Of a stretch of 64,000 nucleotides of DNA, positions 60,966-64,000 are shown one piece after another; within the stretch, counting starts at the first letter, position 1, and each line of letters opens with the position of its first letter. The DNA is taken from the NCBI RefSeq assembly GCF_009914755.1, contig NC_060947.1; one strand, written 5' to 3'. The notes below the pieces were generated by a model, which worked only from the letters and a program-made list of their open reading frames with translations, was not told the origin of the DNA and made no database searches. A program made the position numbers and the translations under genes. This DNA is from the human T2T-CHM13v2.0 reference genome, Homo sapiens.

Positions 60966-62004
60966 TGTTATAGGCAATAAGGAGTCTCTGAAGGCTTTTG
61001 AGCAAGGCTATGTTTTGCACTGGTTGAGCATTCAGATATTCAGTGAAAATGGTTCTCAAAGTAGTATATTGGTGGTTTTAACCTCTCTTCTCTCTGTTAC
61101 CTTTAATTTTCTGTCATCGTTCCATGGTAGCATCCATGCAGATGAAGCTCTCTGGAAAGGTTCCCTCAACAATTTCATCCTTCTTTCTCTGTTTTGGCAG
61201 TGGAGCTGACCCTAGCTTCAGACATATAATATTCTTTTCCTCTCTATGCCTTGATTATGTTAGTTTGTCTGAAAAAAAAAAAATCCCTGGAAACAGGGAA
61301 ATGGCAATCATTGATGTGAGGGAGGAGTATTTTTAACTAAGAATTTACAGGATAAGTGTTCTTAAATAAATGGAAATACTACGTGTCCCAGAGAGGATTG
61401 CTTAAAGAAACAGAATGTGGCAACTGTCACTGGAGCTCTACATTCTAGATGGAAAATACATAGGAGGGTCGGATAAATCCTGTCAGTGGAGTCTTCTAAG
61501 AGAGGATTAATGGGTTAAGGCAAACTGCTAAGTGATTCTGCTATTAAATGTTAGGGAAGATGTCCTGTTTGTACGGCACTAAATATTTTAGCAATACAAA
61601 GAAAATGGCACAGATTCTGATCACTACACGAGTTGGCAACCTATTGGTGAAAAATTCAGAATGTTAGCCCATCATACGCCCATTCTATCTTGAGAAAAGC
61701 ATCAATGAAAAGAGACAAGACTGTCATCCCTATAGATTCCCTTAGAATGAATGGAAATGACCTGAGGGAGGTTACTGAGCACTGGAGTAAACACTAGGTA
61801 AGATTTTCACTTCTTAACATTCTCTATTAGTTCTAGAGGCTTGCTACAGGAGGAGAGAGAAGAGGAAATTACAGGAGCCTGGCTTGGGCAGCAAAGCAGG
61901 AATTGCATCAATTAGAGGAATCACTACACTACCTACTTTAAATTCTCAATTAGGAAAATTTCAATTACAGCAGACATTTCTACCAGTTGCCTAGAAGCAG
62001 CTTA

Positions 62005-62256
<252 letters not shown>

Positions 62257-64000
62257 CTAGTCCCCTAAAGTTCCCCCTTCTTTTAAGAAAAACAGAAATC
62301 CATCTACAAAGATTATAAGTAAATGACCCAGAATGATCAGGGAATGAAGTGTTTCAGTAAAGTAAATATTTGGGTAAATTGGTAATATTTTCCATTCATG
62401 ATCCCAGATTTTCAAAGCATTAGAATATTATAACTATATTGAACAAGAGAGAACCACCTTTCCCTGGATTTAGGAATCACTTCAAAAAATTTGTATACCC
62501 TGGGGTCATCATGAGGAACACTGGTAATCACTTACAGGACTTTAAGAAAGCTAGAATCTAGAAGAGGCCTTAAAGACAATCTTGCTCAGCCAGATGTAGA
62601 AGATGTTAGAGATTGGATTCTCTGTACTGACCCTATGACACAAACTAGAATTTTTAAAAAGTTAGTTTTGCACTTGTTGCTCATAAAAGCTGAGTGTAGA
62701 ATATACAAATGCATAATCTCCTGGGCAGTATAATGTGGTCGCCTGTCTGTAAATGCAATTATTACAACGAAGAGTGAAGCAGTCTTTTATAAAGTTATTT
62801 TGTTTTCTTCACTAAAATTCTCTTCATTGACTTCACTGGTGTCCTTTAACTTTTGTGCTATCAGTGATAATGCGTCACTTTAACCCCTTGTCAAGGTTAA
62901 CCCGCTCTTTTACTACACTTCCATTAAGCCTTGCTGATTAGATGTCAAATAACATTCTTTATCATCAAGAGTGTATTTAAGTTATTTTTAAGGCCTCATC
63001 CTAAATGCTTAATTTATTTCACTTCCACAGAGACTTCAAATATCCAGCCCATTTTTTTCTGAGTTCTCCTTGAGATTGCCTAGGCATAAGCAACAGTTAA
63101 AATGGCATCTTTGCTACTATGAGACTGTAAAGCTCTTTGTAGTGCCTTCACAATGCATAAACTTCTTCATGAAATCTCTTCCATAATAACATTTCATATT
63201 CTAAATAATGCCCTGGTTCACAGGCTGAATCAATAAGACATGTACACTGGCAAGCAGAAGGTTGGTAAAAATATCTTTAGACACTGACTTTGCTTCATGA
63301 TGGTGAACTCGGCAATCATCTAGCCAAAGAATAGCTTGGCCTTAGATATGCAACCAGGTAGAGACCAATTAAAGAAAAAGATTTCTCCATCTATGAATTC
63401 TCTTTAAATAAGAATTAAATGTGTGATTTTGGAAGTTCTTAGATGCAAATGCTATTTTCCAATTATGAAAAGCTTACATTTTGTAAGTTTACTGCCTTAG
63501 CACATTAAAAAAAGAGATAATTTGCTGACCTTCTGAACATCAATAACTTTTAGGTAGATGGGACGGAACACTAAGTGCTAGGCAAAAAGAGGAGAGAGAT
63601 GTGGAGGAAGAGTACAAATCAATACAAGACATACTTCCTTTCCTCACAGAACTTACAATTAAATTGGGGAGATAAGGCATAAACACAGAAAAAAAAAAAA
63701 AACCCAATCATCCAAACAAAAAAGGCAACCAGAAATAATATGGCAGATAAAGGAGAATACAGAGAAAAGCTATAGACAAAATTGACAAAGTAGACTCTTC
63801 TCATTGACAACATTGAGATTTACCTGAGCCCTGTGCTTTTGCAAAAGCAGTGATGGTTAAGAAACCCTCCACCCTTTTGCGTTACGAGAAATGGCGAACT
63901 GCAAAGGACCACATTGCCCTGGCATATTCTAAGGAAAGACTCATCTCTCTCCTTCCTCAGCATGCCCATAAGACTGGTAGATGACTCCTTTATTTACCTG

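Overview
Human-type genomic DNA; a near-perfect AluYa5 argues for Homo sapiens. The window lies inside HDAC8 (histone deacetylase 8, X-linked), transcribed on the minus strand. Five canonical coding exons are present, numbered 5-9 from my knowledge of the gene: 62061-62173, 57834-57911, 55838-55946, 31461-31633 and 28906-29000. They splice in one continuous frame. Intron 6 has a non-canonical GC donor, and an alternative terminal exon at 41602-41635 would give a truncated 256-aa isoform. The rest is intron dominated by interspersed repeats. About 2-25 kb is a multi-layer transposon nest: a near-full-length L1PA3-type element inside a full-length L1PA7/8-type element inside an ancient L1M, plus Alus, a Tigger and a Charlie. 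Nearly all ORFs in the supplied track are L1/Alu fragments or chance frames. I see no new multi-gene system. The best leads are a candidate 27-nt stop-containing microexon in intron 9, a short L1 3' transduction beside exon 6, a YY1-site-less nested L1 whose antisense promoter points along HDAC8, and mutations shared by the two nested L1s. Repeat subfamily calls come from recalled consensus sequences, not a database search.
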